A stretch of 64,000 nt of DNA, taken from an uncultured Desulfobacteraceae bacterium (GTDB lineage Bacteria > Desulfobacterota > DSM-4660 > Desulfatiglandales > HGW-15). The notes under the pieces are model-generated. The model was not told the origin of the DNA, searched no databases, and worked only from the letters and a program-made list of their open reading frames with translations. The translations under genes were made by a program, and so were the position numbers. Location of the stretch: contig CAYQNR010000004.1 of NCBI GenBank assembly GCA_964418945.1, forward strand, positions 2,156 through 66,155. Direction: 5' to 3'. This document shows, one piece after another, positions 53,485 to 63,177 of this stretch; positions within the stretch are counted from its first letter, which is position 1; each line of letters opens with the position of its first letter.

Positions 53485-54315
53485 ATGAAAATACCGGATC
53501 TATTCAAAGTGGATAATTATGGTGTGGTAGTCACCGGAGGCGCGAGCGGGATCGGCCTGGGTTATGCAGAAGCGCTTGCTTCAAACGGGGCAAGGGTGAC
53601 TATTCTCGATATCGATGCACAACGTGTCGAAGGTGAAACGACGCGATTGCGCGGTGATGGGCTTGACATCCGGGGCAAGGTTGTAGATGTGACGGATCGT
53701 GTGGCGCTTGATGCTGCCATAGATCAAGCGGCCCATACTTACGGGCAGCTTGATGTGGTATTTGCAAATGCCGGTATCGATCCGGGCGTTGGTTTCGTCG
53801 GCAACCGGGCAGGTTCGAAAAGGCGCCGAGTTTCCGAAGGTGCGCTTGAGAATTACCCGGACGAACGCTGGAACCGGGTGATTGATACCAATCTAAACGG
53901 GATATTCGCAACAGTCAGGGCGGCCGTACGCAACATGAAGCCAAAAAGATCGGGACACATCATTGTCACGTCTTCCCTGGCCTCGACCCGTGTTGAACCT
54001 GTGATCGGAGCGGCATACATGGCTTCCAAGGCGGGTGTTTATATGTTCATGAGAACGGTTGCATTGGAAGCTGCTGCATTCAACATTACCGTCAACGCGA
54101 TCGCCCCCGGATTTATTATAACAAACATTGGTGGCGGCCACGCACACGATCCTGCGGAACAGAAGGCGGTCGCCAAGGAGATTCCAATGCACCGTGTCGG
54201 GTTCCGCAACGACCTGAAAGGGGTGGCGCTTTTTCTAGCATCTCCGGCATCGGATTATATAACAGGACAGGAAATCATCGTCGACGGCGGTTTGGGACTT
54301 GGTTTTGCTGATTAA
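53485..54315 (+). CDS. Short-chain dehydrogenase/reductase (SDR)
   Basis: TGGASGIGLG cofactor motif and YxxxK (YMASK). GGAGG lies 8 nt upstream of ATG 53485. Confidence 0.88.
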   Translation: MKIPDLFKVDNYGVVVTGGASGIGLGYAEALASNGARVTILDIDAQRVEGETTRLRGDGLDIRGKVVDVTDRVALDAAIDQAAHTYGQLDVVFANAGIDPGVGFVGNRAGSKRRRVSEGALENYPDERWNRVIDTNLNGIFATVRAAVRNMKPKRSGHIIVTSSLASTRVEPVIGAAYMASKAGVYMFMRTVALEAAAFNITVNAIAPGFIITNIGGGHAHDPAEQKAVAKEIPMHRVGFRNDLKGVALFLASPASDYITGQEIIVDGGLGLGFAD

Positions 54316-54346
54316 TGCGGTTTTCATTGTTATATATCCAGATTTC

Positions 54347-55333
54347 TTATTGATAAATCTTACTGCTGGAACCTGCAACAGCAGGGATATTGTATTCCTT
54401 TAATATTTCGGTCAGTTCAAGCAGGTTCTTCTCCCACACCACTCTTTCCGGTGGAATGAAACCTTCCATAGGATAAGGCATATTCAGAGAGAGATATTTC
54501 TCAGTACCAATCCTTCTGTAAGGCAAAAGCTGAACCTGCACAATATTATTGCTAAGCTCATCCCTGATAAATTCTCCTGTTGCCCTGATATTTTCCTCGC
54601 TGTTGTTATGATCAGGCACAACAGGTATTCTTATGACAAGCGGTTTCTTCAACTCAACTGTTCTTTTGATATTGTTGAGGATGAGTTCATTGCCGACACC
54701 GGTATATTCCTTGTGCCTTTTTGTATCCATGTGTTTAATGTCCGTTATGACAAAATCCGTATCCTTGTATACTTCCTCCATATGTTCCCGCGGGCAATGC
54801 AGTGATGTTTCAACGCAGGTATTGACTGCCTCGTCTTTGCACGCCTTAAGCAGGAGCACTGCAAATTCATATTGCAGCATAACCTCGCCGCCTGAAAGAG
54901 TTACGCCGCCGCCTGTCTCCAGGTAAAAGCTTTTGTCCTTAAGAATTACTTCCATGAGTTCCGGGACAGTCATCTTTTTACCCCAGATCATAATAGCCCC
55001 GGATGGGCATTCTTCTGCGCATATTTTGCAGTCACTGCATTCAGAGATTTCATCTAAGCGGAATAAATAATCATCCCGCGTTTTGATGGGTGTTCCGGGT
55101 CCGAGAGGGCATGATTTGATGCATAGGGAGCATTTGCTGATTCCAATGCACTTGGAAGGAAAGATGCCTATTTGCTGTTTGGGAGACAGTCCCTCAGGAT
55201 TACTGCACCAGATACATCGCAGAGGGCACCCTTTGAAAAAGACCTCTGTCCTTATACCCGGGCCGTCATGAATTGTATATTTTTGAATATTGGTGACAAT
55301 TCCGAAAGGTTTATCAGCCTGTGTCGCTTCCAT
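54347..55333 (-). CDS. Glycyl-radical enzyme activating enzyme (radical SAM), second copy
   Basis: CPLRCIWC plus auxiliary Cys clusters (CIGISKCSLCIKSCP; CSDCKICAEECP). Confidence 0.88.
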   Translation of the reverse strand: MEATQADKPFGIVTNIQKYTIHDGPGIRTEVFFKGCPLRCIWCSNPEGLSPKQQIGIFPSKCIGISKCSLCIKSCPLGPGTPIKTRDDYLFRLDEISECSDCKICAEECPSGAIMIWGKKMTVPELMEVILKDKSFYLETGGGVTLSGGEVMLQYEFAVLLLKACKDEAVNTCVETSLHCPREHMEEVYKDTDFVITDIKHMDTKRHKEYTGVGNELILNNIKRTVELKKPLVIRIPVVPDHNNSEENIRATGEFIRDELSNNIVQVQLLPYRRIGTEKYLSLNMPYPMEGFIPPERVVWEKNLLELTEILKEYNIPAVAGSSSKIYQ

Positions 55334-55354
55334 TATTTATCTAATTTATTCAGA

Positions 55355-57925
55355 TCAGTCGAAAGACAGCTCAGTTCTGTTTATAAGGTCGCTCTGAAGC
55401 TCCTCGCTGAGTTCCACAAAATACGCGCTGTAACCTGCTATACGCACAAGCAGATCTTTATACTGATCCGGTTTTTTCTGAGCGTCTATAAGGATATCTT
55501 TGCCAATAATATTAAACTGGCTCTGCATGCCTCTGTCTTTAAAATAGACATCCATAAGTGAGATAAGACTATCCCTGCCAGCTTCTCCTGATACAGCTCC
55601 AGGAGAGAATTTCCAGTTGAGAATTATTCCATTGCCAATGCGGCTGTGATCCAGCTTTGCCACTGACTTTGCTATTGCTGTTGGCCCGCTTCTGTCATGA
55701 GACCCCATCTCAGTATGCACAGGGCCTATGCAGTCGGACAGAGGCTCATACGCTTTTCTGCCATCCGGCGTGGTTGCTGTAAACAAACCAGCCATAACAT
55801 TCTGTGTAACGGAAAAAATTCCCGGCATATATTCGCCGCCATGCGGTGTGGGTCTGTGCTCAACGTGTTTGCAGTACGTATCTGTTACGAATCTCGCCAC
55901 ATCATCGGCATAATCGTCATCATTGCCGTAACAATGCATCCTGTCACTGTTTACTAACGCGTACAATGGCTCATACCCTCCCCAGTTCGCTTTTAACGCA
56001 TCGAGCATTGTTTTCCCGTCCACTTTCCTTTCGTCAAACACAAGCTGTTTTATTGCAGTGAGGCTGTCCGCTACAGTTCCTATTCCTACACCCTGCGGAC
56101 CGCTGTGATTATAAAGGGCGCCTCCTGTTGATACGTCCTTGCCCCTGCCTATACAATCTTGGATAAGAAGGGACAGATAAGGCAAGGGTTTAAGCCTCTG
56201 ATGCGCTGTATCCACCTTGTTGACCTGGGAGATCATAATATCGCACCAGTATTCCATTTGCTTGTCAAAGGATTCCATAACTTCATCAAAGGAACTAAAG
56301 GTTTCAAGACTGCCTGTATCAATTCCCAGCCTGCCTCCTATGCCTGCGCATTTTTTATGTCTGGGACAATGAGGACCGCAGTCAATACAGCGTCCGCTGT
56401 TTATGGCAAGCTGCATTACCTTTGCCATATTAAAGGAGCTGGAATCATGCCAGCCATAGGTCTTGCCAGGCACACAAGGTTCAACGCATCCTATTCCAAC
56501 ATAATTTCTTGCATCCTCAATAGGCTTATCATAGTTCTGCAGAGCTTTGATCATTTCAGTATCATTGAAGATCTTTGGCTCGCCGGTTCCGATCCTAATC
56601 ACATTAAAGGTCTTTATCTTGAATTCCCGCGGGGAGTTTTCATGAAGACGCACTCCCATCCATGGATTCGGTATCCTGGTATGCGCATGCGCGTCCAGCA
56701 CCATGTAGCTGAGATCATTCGTAGCGTCATTGCCGTCTTTGTCAACTCCGCCGACATCAAGGGCTGTTCCTCCCATGAAAGTGCCGCTTGAAAAGACTAT
56801 TGCTGTCTTATCGCGGATCTTGCAGAGTTCATGGATTTTGAGGAAGGACATCTCTATGAGTTCCTGAATAAATTCCCTGCTGAATCTGCCTTCTTCAATA
56901 TCTTTTTTATAATAAGGATAAAAGAGCTGATCGAAACGTCCATAAGTTACGGAATGACCGTTTGATTCTATAATGATCATATCAGTTGCAATTTGCCACA
57001 GCTGTATTGCTTCCCAGAAATCCCTGGCAGGGCCTTCCGCCACCTGAAAACAGTTTGCAGAAATACGGAGGAGTTCGGCTTTTCTCTTATCGCTTGTCTC
57101 TTTTTCTGCCATATCAGCAGCTAGCTGCGCATAACGCTTTATGTATGAAACAGCACCCTCCAACGAGATCAACGCAGCGTCGTAGAATTCTTTTTTAAAG
57201 ATATCTTCTGGGTCTGATGTATTCAGCTTTGCAATTTGTTCCTGTATCTGTTTTCTAATTCCGCCGAATCCGAGAGTAAACAGCCTTTCATAGTCAGCGC
57301 AGACATGTCCTACACCTGCTGAAACGAATAAATCGAAAAAATTTATGCCCTTTAGGAGATGAGAGCCTTTGAGCTCTTCTTCAGTCAATGTGCTGAGAAC
57401 ATTCTCTTCCAGAGTGTTTCCTTTCCAATATTGCCGAATCTGGAACAGCGCTTCTTTAGTCTTGTCATCAATAACATAACGGTCATTGCGGCGCTGATCA
57501 AGCGGGAAATTGACCATTTCGTCGCATAGCCAGTCAATAGCGAACTCAGGATAAACAGGCGCGCTTTTTGCCGGTGCGGCTATTTCCCCGACTATCAGTT
57601 CATCTGGCCAGATGTTTATATTCACATTCTGGAGTACATCACGGTAAGTCATTGCGCATTTAAGTATCTGAGGATATGCAGTATATTTTTTGAAGTATCC
57701 TTCTGTGTATATTACCGCCCTCTGATGGTCAGCAGTATGAGCCCTGGCCTTTAGCCATTTCAATATTTTATTTATTCTGGGAAATGGCGACGGGTTTTCT
57801 GTTACACCGGAAACGCCGATTCCCCATTCTTTATCATAGGGTTCTATCCCTAAGGGTTTTTGAACCGAGGGTTCTTGAGTAAATGAGTCAGGGGAATTTA
57901 TATTATTTTCTACTACTGTATCCAT
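55355..57925 (-). CDS. Glycyl-radical enzyme, PFL2/eliminase class, second paralogue, substrate unknown
   Basis: VRIAGYSAYFVEL glycyl motif and GIGCVEPCVPG Cys loop. Confidence 0.9.
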   Translation of the reverse strand: MDTVVENNINSPDSFTQEPSVQKPLGIEPYDKEWGIGVSGVTENPSPFPRINKILKWLKARAHTADHQRAVIYTEGYFKKYTAYPQILKCAMTYRDVLQNVNINIWPDELIVGEIAAPAKSAPVYPEFAIDWLCDEMVNFPLDQRRNDRYVIDDKTKEALFQIRQYWKGNTLEENVLSTLTEEELKGSHLLKGINFFDLFVSAGVGHVCADYERLFTLGFGGIRKQIQEQIAKLNTSDPEDIFKKEFYDAALISLEGAVSYIKRYAQLAADMAEKETSDKRKAELLRISANCFQVAEGPARDFWEAIQLWQIATDMIIIESNGHSVTYGRFDQLFYPYYKKDIEEGRFSREFIQELIEMSFLKIHELCKIRDKTAIVFSSGTFMGGTALDVGGVDKDGNDATNDLSYMVLDAHAHTRIPNPWMGVRLHENSPREFKIKTFNVIRIGTGEPKIFNDTEMIKALQNYDKPIEDARNYVGIGCVEPCVPGKTYGWHDSSSFNMAKVMQLAINSGRCIDCGPHCPRHKKCAGIGGRLGIDTGSLETFSSFDEVMESFDKQMEYWCDIMISQVNKVDTAHQRLKPLPYLSLLIQDCIGRGKDVSTGGALYNHSGPQGVGIGTVADSLTAIKQLVFDERKVDGKTMLDALKANWGGYEPLYALVNSDRMHCYGNDDDYADDVARFVTDTYCKHVEHRPTPHGGEYMPGIFSVTQNVMAGLFTATTPDGRKAYEPLSDCIGPVHTEMGSHDRSGPTAIAKSVAKLDHSRIGNGIILNWKFSPGAVSGEAGRDSLISLMDVYFKDRGMQSQFNIIGKDILIDAQKKPDQYKDLLVRIAGYSAYFVELSEELQSDLINRTELSFD

Positions 57926-58039
57926 TGTATTTTCCTCTAATAATAAACAATAGGGAATTTATTTAAAACTCAATTGAAATTTTTAAAGGAAATTCAATAA
58001 AAGCATAACAATGATATTAATAATCAAAAGGAATAATAT

Positions 58040-58185
58040 TTGATAAGAATTCGCTTTTTGCGGCTGAAGTGTATTGAATTTCCCCTTGTATGTCAAATGA
58101 ATTCAGCCGCAAAATATTGTGGCAGGAAACTGGCTTGTTATATTGTTTAATTCCAGCCAGGAGGGCGAGGAAATTTTAAGCAATT
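58040..58185 (-). promoter_or_regulatory. Promoter plus leader box (copy P5) with ~90-bp conserved upstream module
   Basis: Read on the minus strand: TTGACA (58096-58091), 17-nt spacer, TACACT, 8 nt, then AAAAAGCGAATTCTTATCAA. The upstream part aligns with 46962-47051. Confidence 0.7.
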
Positions 58186-58196
58186 TTCATGTTTTG

Positions 58197-58226
58197 TTGA
58201 CAAGAAGCATATTTCCATGCTAATAT
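58197..58226 (+). promoter_or_regulatory. Sigma70-type promoter for the binding-protein gene
   Basis: TTGACA, 18-nt spacer, TAATAT. Confidence 0.5.
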
Positions 58227-58301
58227 TTAAAATATATAATTCTCATCCTTATAACACAATTATCTATTTGATTTTACATAACAACTGTAACGGAGATCGA
58301 T

Positions 58302-59306
58302 ATGCACAAAAAAGCAAAATTCTTCATAAGCAGTTTGCTTTTAATGACGGTTGCAGTATGCATAAGTCTTAGCAATTGCTCTGAAAAAAAACAAAAAGTA
58401 TATCATGTTGGTATTTTAACAGATTATTCCCCTTTCCTGGCTATTGCTGACGGTTTTAAGTCCGGCATGGTTGAGTTGGGCTATATCGAAGGTGAAAATA
58501 TAGTGTATGATGTTCAGATAAAGGACTTTGATCCCGAGGGACAAAAAACGGCCGTCAAGCAATTTATAAAGGACAAGGTCGACCTGATTTTTACCTTCCC
58601 CACCGAAGCAAGCGTCATCGCCTATAAACTCACTCAGGGAACAGACATGACGGTAGTGTTTGCAATGTGCGGCGTAGAGGGAAATCTTCCCATTGAGAGT
58701 GTGCGGCATCCTGGCGGAAATATTACCGGCGTGCGCTTTCCCGGTCCGGATAACACAGTTAAACACCTGGAATTGATGCTTGAAATAAAACCCGAAACCA
58801 AACGAATTTGGGCCACGTATAATCCCAACTATCCCAATACGGTCGCTATACTGGAAGCATTGCGTGAAGCCGTTTCATCCTATGACGTGCAACTCCTGGA
58901 AGCTCCCAATGAAACAATCGAGGAAGTCGAGGCGGACCTGCAGAACCTGGTAGCATCCGGCAAAGTCAATGTTGATGCCATTCTACTGCTGCCGGAAGGC
59001 CTTTCCCAGTCACCGGACGTATCCAAGGCCATCATTGAATTCGCGAAAAAACACAATCTCCCTGTTGGTGGAGGGGTTCCCTTTACCCTTGATCTGGGTG
59101 CGGTATTCTCCTTTCTGCCTGACGATTCGGAAATGGGAAAGCTGGCCGCTCTCTCGGCCCACAAAATATTCAACGGCATTCCAGCCGGTACAATTCCGTT
59201 GATCACACCGGAGAACTATCTCTATCTGAATTATAAGGCCATCCAGGATCTCGGACTAACTGCAAGTGAAGGTCTATTAGGCCAGGCAAAGGAAATAATC
59301 CGATAA
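58302..59306 (+). CDS. COG2984-type ABC substrate-binding lipoprotein (orphan)
   Basis: Lipobox LSNC. Homologous to 62134-63156 and 63178-64000. Confidence 0.8.
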   Translation: MHKKAKFFISSLLLMTVAVCISLSNCSEKKQKVYHVGILTDYSPFLAIADGFKSGMVELGYIEGENIVYDVQIKDFDPEGQKTAVKQFIKDKVDLIFTFPTEASVIAYKLTQGTDMTVVFAMCGVEGNLPIESVRHPGGNITGVRFPGPDNTVKHLELMLEIKPETKRIWATYNPNYPNTVAILEALREAVSSYDVQLLEAPNETIEEVEADLQNLVASGKVNVDAILLLPEGLSQSPDVSKAIIEFAKKHNLPVGGGVPFTLDLGAVFSFLPDDSEMGKLAALSAHKIFNGIPAGTIPLITPENYLYLNYKAIQDLGLTASEGLLGQAKEIIR

Positions 59307-59375
59307 TAAATGGCGCTAAAAAAGAGTAGAATCTTAGCCTTAACTGGCGGGATTTTCAGAGTACGCTCGCAAATA

Positions 59376-62132
59376 CTACACACAATGTTGCTGTAGAACC
59401 TCTTTTAACCGGTCCACCTTAATCGGTTTTTCGAGAAAATCATTCATTCCGGCGGCAAGCGCTTGTTCCCGATCTTCCTGCATCACCGCGGCCGTGAGCG
59501 CGATAATGGGGATTTCTTTACTTATATCATTACGAATTATCTCTGTTGCTTCTATTCCATTCATCTCCGGCATCTGTATGTCCATAAAAACGACATCGTA
59601 CGAATTATTAGCCCTCAGCTTCTCAACCGCTTCCTTCCCATTTTTTGCCTTATCAACGATAAGCCCATATTTCTTAAGTAATGTCTCCATCAGTTTCATG
59701 TTTACCGGGTTGTCTTCCGCCACCAATACCTTCAGCCCCTTAAAAAAGACTTCCTCGGCCAAATGACGCGTGATAATATAGGTTTCTCCTTTACGTTTAT
59801 CACCGAATACCGTCCTGATTACATTTATCAGTTCTCTGCGAATAATGGGTTTTGGTAAATACCCATCAAACCCCTTCATCTTTGCATGCATCGATTGACC
59901 GGGAACCGCATCTGATGTAGCCGCTATGACCTTTAGATGCCTTAATCTCTCATCTTCCCGAATCTTCTCAATGAATTCATACCCATCCATTTCAGGCATC
60001 ATCGTATCACTAATGACAAGATCAGGGAGTGTTTCTTCTGATGCAAGAAACGATACAGCTTCCTGTGCTGAATGGGCGACAAATAGAACGTGCATTTTTG
60101 CAGTCATGCAGTATTCCTTAAATATTTCGCCGGCATGACGGTTATCATCAACTATAACCACCCGCTTTCCCTTCAAAGATTCGAAACTTATTGGTTCTAT
60201 TTCGGCCTCAATAATCGGTTTTGCCTGCGCAAGTTTTAGAGTGAAAATGAACTCACTTCCTTTCCCCTCTTCCGATTCTACCCAAATCTCTCCCCCCATC
60301 TTCTCAGCAAAGGCCTTTGTAATCGATAATCCCAATCCCGTACCGCCATATTTACGAGTCGTTGAAGCATCAGCCTGTGTGAATATCTCGAATATCGACT
60401 CCTTTTTATCTTCCGGGATGCCAATACCTGTATCCCGAATAGTCAGTCTGAGCGTGCGGATCAGGCCTGGCTCGCCATCTCCCTGCTTGTCACTTGGATC
60501 CAAGCCTATCGTTGTAAATATTTCTCCCTTTTCAGTGAACTTGATTGCGTTACCAATCAAATTAATCAATATCTGACGGATACGTGTCGGATCCCCCTTG
60601 AAATATCTCGGCCCCTCTTCCATACGGTAGAGTACATCAACAGAACTCCCGACCATTTTGGATCTTATCATCGATAATACACTCTCAATAAGATACATAA
60701 AATCAAAGTCAATGCACTCAAGCTCATAATCTTTCTCCTCAACTCTTGAAAAATCCAGGATATCATTAATGAGCGCAAGTAAGAGATTCCCGCTACTATG
60801 CATGGTCTTTACATAGTCGCTCTGCACTTCATCAAGGTTGGTATCCTGCAACAACCCTGTAAACCCTATAATCGCGTTCATTGGAGTTCTAATTTCATGA
60901 GACATATTGGCTAAAAACCGGCTTTTTGCTTCCGAGGCTATTTCTGCCTGCTTTTTGGCTTCTCTCAGTGCCTCCTCAGCCTTCTTGCGTTCAACCACTT
61001 CTTCAGCAAGTTCATCACGCGAAACTGTCGTCCTGTTTAAATTTTCAACCATCTTGTTGAAACTTGTGGCCAGTTCTCCTATTTCATCATGTGACGCACT
61101 CTTTATCTGGGTATCCAAATCACCTTTGCTGATTTTTCTGGTAGCATTTCTCAGATCTATGATCGGTTTTGTTATCTTTTTGGAGAGATAGATACCTAAC
61201 ATAGTGGCCGGGATAAAGCATACTAACATAAATGATATCGATCGTGTAAGCGCCTTAATTACAGGCTCGTATGCCTCCAGGGCGGGCAATTCAACTACAA
61301 CCGCCCAATCAGGACTACCAATATGCGCGTGGTTTGCTACGACTTTATTTCCTCTGATACCCTTTGATATGTCAGCGTGGTCTTCATGAGTTAATTCATG
61401 CCCTTCTACAAATCTAGCCACCTCCTGCAAGTGGTCTAATTTTTCTCTCCTTAAAACACGACTTATGTCGCCAAAGGCTATTAGATTGCCTTGTTTGTCG
61501 ACCACATAGGCCACGCCCGCTTTACCAAACTTTATGCTACCTACAAGATCCCACATGAATTTCAAGTTTACCTCGGCCGTCAGGATCCCCTTAAAAATAC
61601 CGAAGACATCTGTGATCGGAACAGCCATTATCATCAGCGGCTCGCTGGTTACTTTATCAATATATACCGGACTGACATATGTTTTTCCCTTACTCGCCTG
61701 AGAAAACAACTCACTCTCGAACTGTCCGGTTGATTGATCTAATGCCAGTCTTGATACACGCGCTGTTCTTTGTAATTCCCGATTTTGTGCGTTTAACAGG
61801 ATCAACTGACGAAAGGCGGGTTCAAGGCCCAGCAACTTATCCAGGACCAGTTTCTTCTCTTCCTGGCTTGCCATTGCCAGATTGCCAACACTGTTTGCCG
61901 TTTCCAATACTCCAAATTTCTTTTGAATGAACCCCTTGACCGAATTCGCCGCCTCCTGGGCAATTAGTTTTTGCTGAGTGACAACTAAATCTTCCTGGCT
62001 CTTGAAGTTGAAATACATGTCCAAGCCACTGACAATCAGCAGAACCACCGCGCTCAAGGCCAAAAAAGAAATAGCTAAAGTAACCGTCAAGCTCCGGAAC
62101 TTGCTTGCTTTTTTTGTTTCAGGCTTTAACAA
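59376..62132 (-). CDS. Hybrid sensor histidine kinase (periplasmic sensor, HAMP, HisKA, HATPase, two receiver domains)
   Basis: Two TM segments flank a ~270-aa sensor domain. HAMP domain, H-box SHEIRTPMN, and two REC domains (DTMMPEMDG; [10 protein letters not shown]). Confidence 0.9.
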   Translation of the reverse strand: MLKPETKKASKFRSLTVTLAISFLALSAVVLLIVSGLDMYFNFKSQEDLVVTQQKLIAQEAANSVKGFIQKKFGVLETANSVGNLAMASQEEKKLVLDKLLGLEPAFRQLILLNAQNRELQRTARVSRLALDQSTGQFESELFSQASKGKTYVSPVYIDKVTSEPLMIMAVPITDVFGIFKGILTAEVNLKFMWDLVGSIKFGKAGVAYVVDKQGNLIAFGDISRVLRREKLDHLQEVARFVEGHELTHEDHADISKGIRGNKVVANHAHIGSPDWAVVVELPALEAYEPVIKALTRSISFMLVCFIPATMLGIYLSKKITKPIIDLRNATRKISKGDLDTQIKSASHDEIGELATSFNKMVENLNRTTVSRDELAEEVVERKKAEEALREAKKQAEIASEAKSRFLANMSHEIRTPMNAIIGFTGLLQDTNLDEVQSDYVKTMHSSGNLLLALINDILDFSRVEEKDYELECIDFDFMYLIESVLSMIRSKMVGSSVDVLYRMEEGPRYFKGDPTRIRQILINLIGNAIKFTEKGEIFTTIGLDPSDKQGDGEPGLIRTLRLTIRDTGIGIPEDKKESIFEIFTQADASTTRKYGGTGLGLSITKAFAEKMGGEIWVESEEGKGSEFIFTLKLAQAKPIIEAEIEPISFESLKGKRVVIVDDNRHAGEIFKEYCMTAKMHVLFVAHSAQEAVSFLASEETLPDLVISDTMMPEMDGYEFIEKIREDERLRHLKVIAATSDAVPGQSMHAKMKGFDGYLPKPIIRRELINVIRTVFGDKRKGETYIITRHLAEEVFFKGLKVLVAEDNPVNMKLMETLLKKYGLIVDKAKNGKEAVEKLRANNSYDVVFMDIQMPEMNGIEATEIIRNDISKEIPIIALTAAVMQEDREQALAAGMNDFLEKPIKVDRLKEVLQQHCV

Positions 62133-62133
62133 T

Positions 62134-63156
62134 TTAACGAATTATCTCCTTTGCCATGCTTAACAAACCTTCACTCACGTCCAGTCCCAGTTCTTCAATC
62201 ACTCTGTAATTCAGCCGCAAATACATCGTGGGTGTGACAACCATGATCGTGCCGGCCGGGCTACCTTTGAATATTTTGTCGGCCTGGATAGCGGCAAGTA
62301 TGCCCATTTCAAAGGTGTCAGGACCATAACTAAATACAGCCCCCTGGTCCGCGGTATGGGCCACGGTACCGGCAATAGGCGCTTTATGTTCATTCGCAAA
62401 TTTGAGGATCTCCCCGAAACATTCGGAAGAGTGGGTAAGAATATCAGGCATCATCAGGATAGCATCAATGCCAATATCATCTAATGCGGCTCTCTTCTGC
62501 AGGGCAGCCTGACATTCCTCCAGATCGTTGATAGGCTCTTCCACCAGGGTTAAACCCGTGTCCCGGATTGCCGGCCGCAACTGCCCAATCGCGATGGGTG
62601 CATTGGGGTAGTTATGATCATAGATTATATAGATCCGGTTGGCCTGCGGCACCAACTCGCGCAAGATATCGAGACGCTTAACTGTCATCTCCGGGCCTGG
62701 AAAACGAACACCGGTGATATTCCCGCCTGGTTTGGATATCCTCTCCACCAGGTTATTGCCTTCTATGCCTGCCATGGCAAAAACCACCGGGATGTTTGTC
62801 CCCTGGGCGGCAGCCTTAGCCGCAAATGACGGCCCGGTTGGAAAGGCGAAAATTAAATCAACCTTATCTTCCACAAATCTCCTGGCGACTCGCTTTTCCC
62901 CTGCAGGGTCAGCGTCCAATTCATGGAGGTCATAGACGATGTTCTTGCCCTCTATGTAGCCCAACTCGGTCATTTTGGCCTTGAAGCCATCGGCCATTTC
63001 GATAAAAGACGCTAATCCGGATACAATACCCACCCGATACACCTTTTCCGTTTTCTCACCGCAACCGCTTATAAATAAACAAGCCATAATTAAAAAAGTT
63101 GCAAGAATTATTTTCCGCCTGGATTTAAGTTGTTTACTTTGATTCATTTTATGCAA
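62134..63156 (-). CDS. COG2984-type ABC substrate-binding lipoprotein
   Basis: Lipobox ISGC. Its stop lies 1 nt before the kinase start. Confidence 0.8.
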   Translation of the reverse strand: MHKMNQSKQLKSRRKIILATFLIMACLFISGCGEKTEKVYRVGIVSGLASFIEMADGFKAKMTELGYIEGKNIVYDLHELDADPAGEKRVARRFVEDKVDLIFAFPTGPSFAAKAAAQGTNIPVVFAMAGIEGNNLVERISKPGGNITGVRFPGPEMTVKRLDILRELVPQANRIYIIYDHNYPNAPIAIGQLRPAIRDTGLTLVEEPINDLEECQAALQKRAALDDIGIDAILMMPDILTHSSECFGEILKFANEHKAPIAGTVAHTADQGAVFSYGPDTFEMGILAAIQADKIFKGSPAGTIMVVTPTMYLRLNYRVIEELGLDVSEGLLSMAKEIIR

Positions 63157-63177
63157 CCTCTTTTTCAGTAATATTAA

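Noticed and set aside
49807-57925. GREs as X-succinate (fumarate-adding) synthases or pyruvate formate-lyases
   Set aside because: There are no small-subunit genes. The Cys loop is GCVEP (single Cys plus Glu) rather than the PFL CC motif. The length and termini fit the PFL2/eliminase branch.
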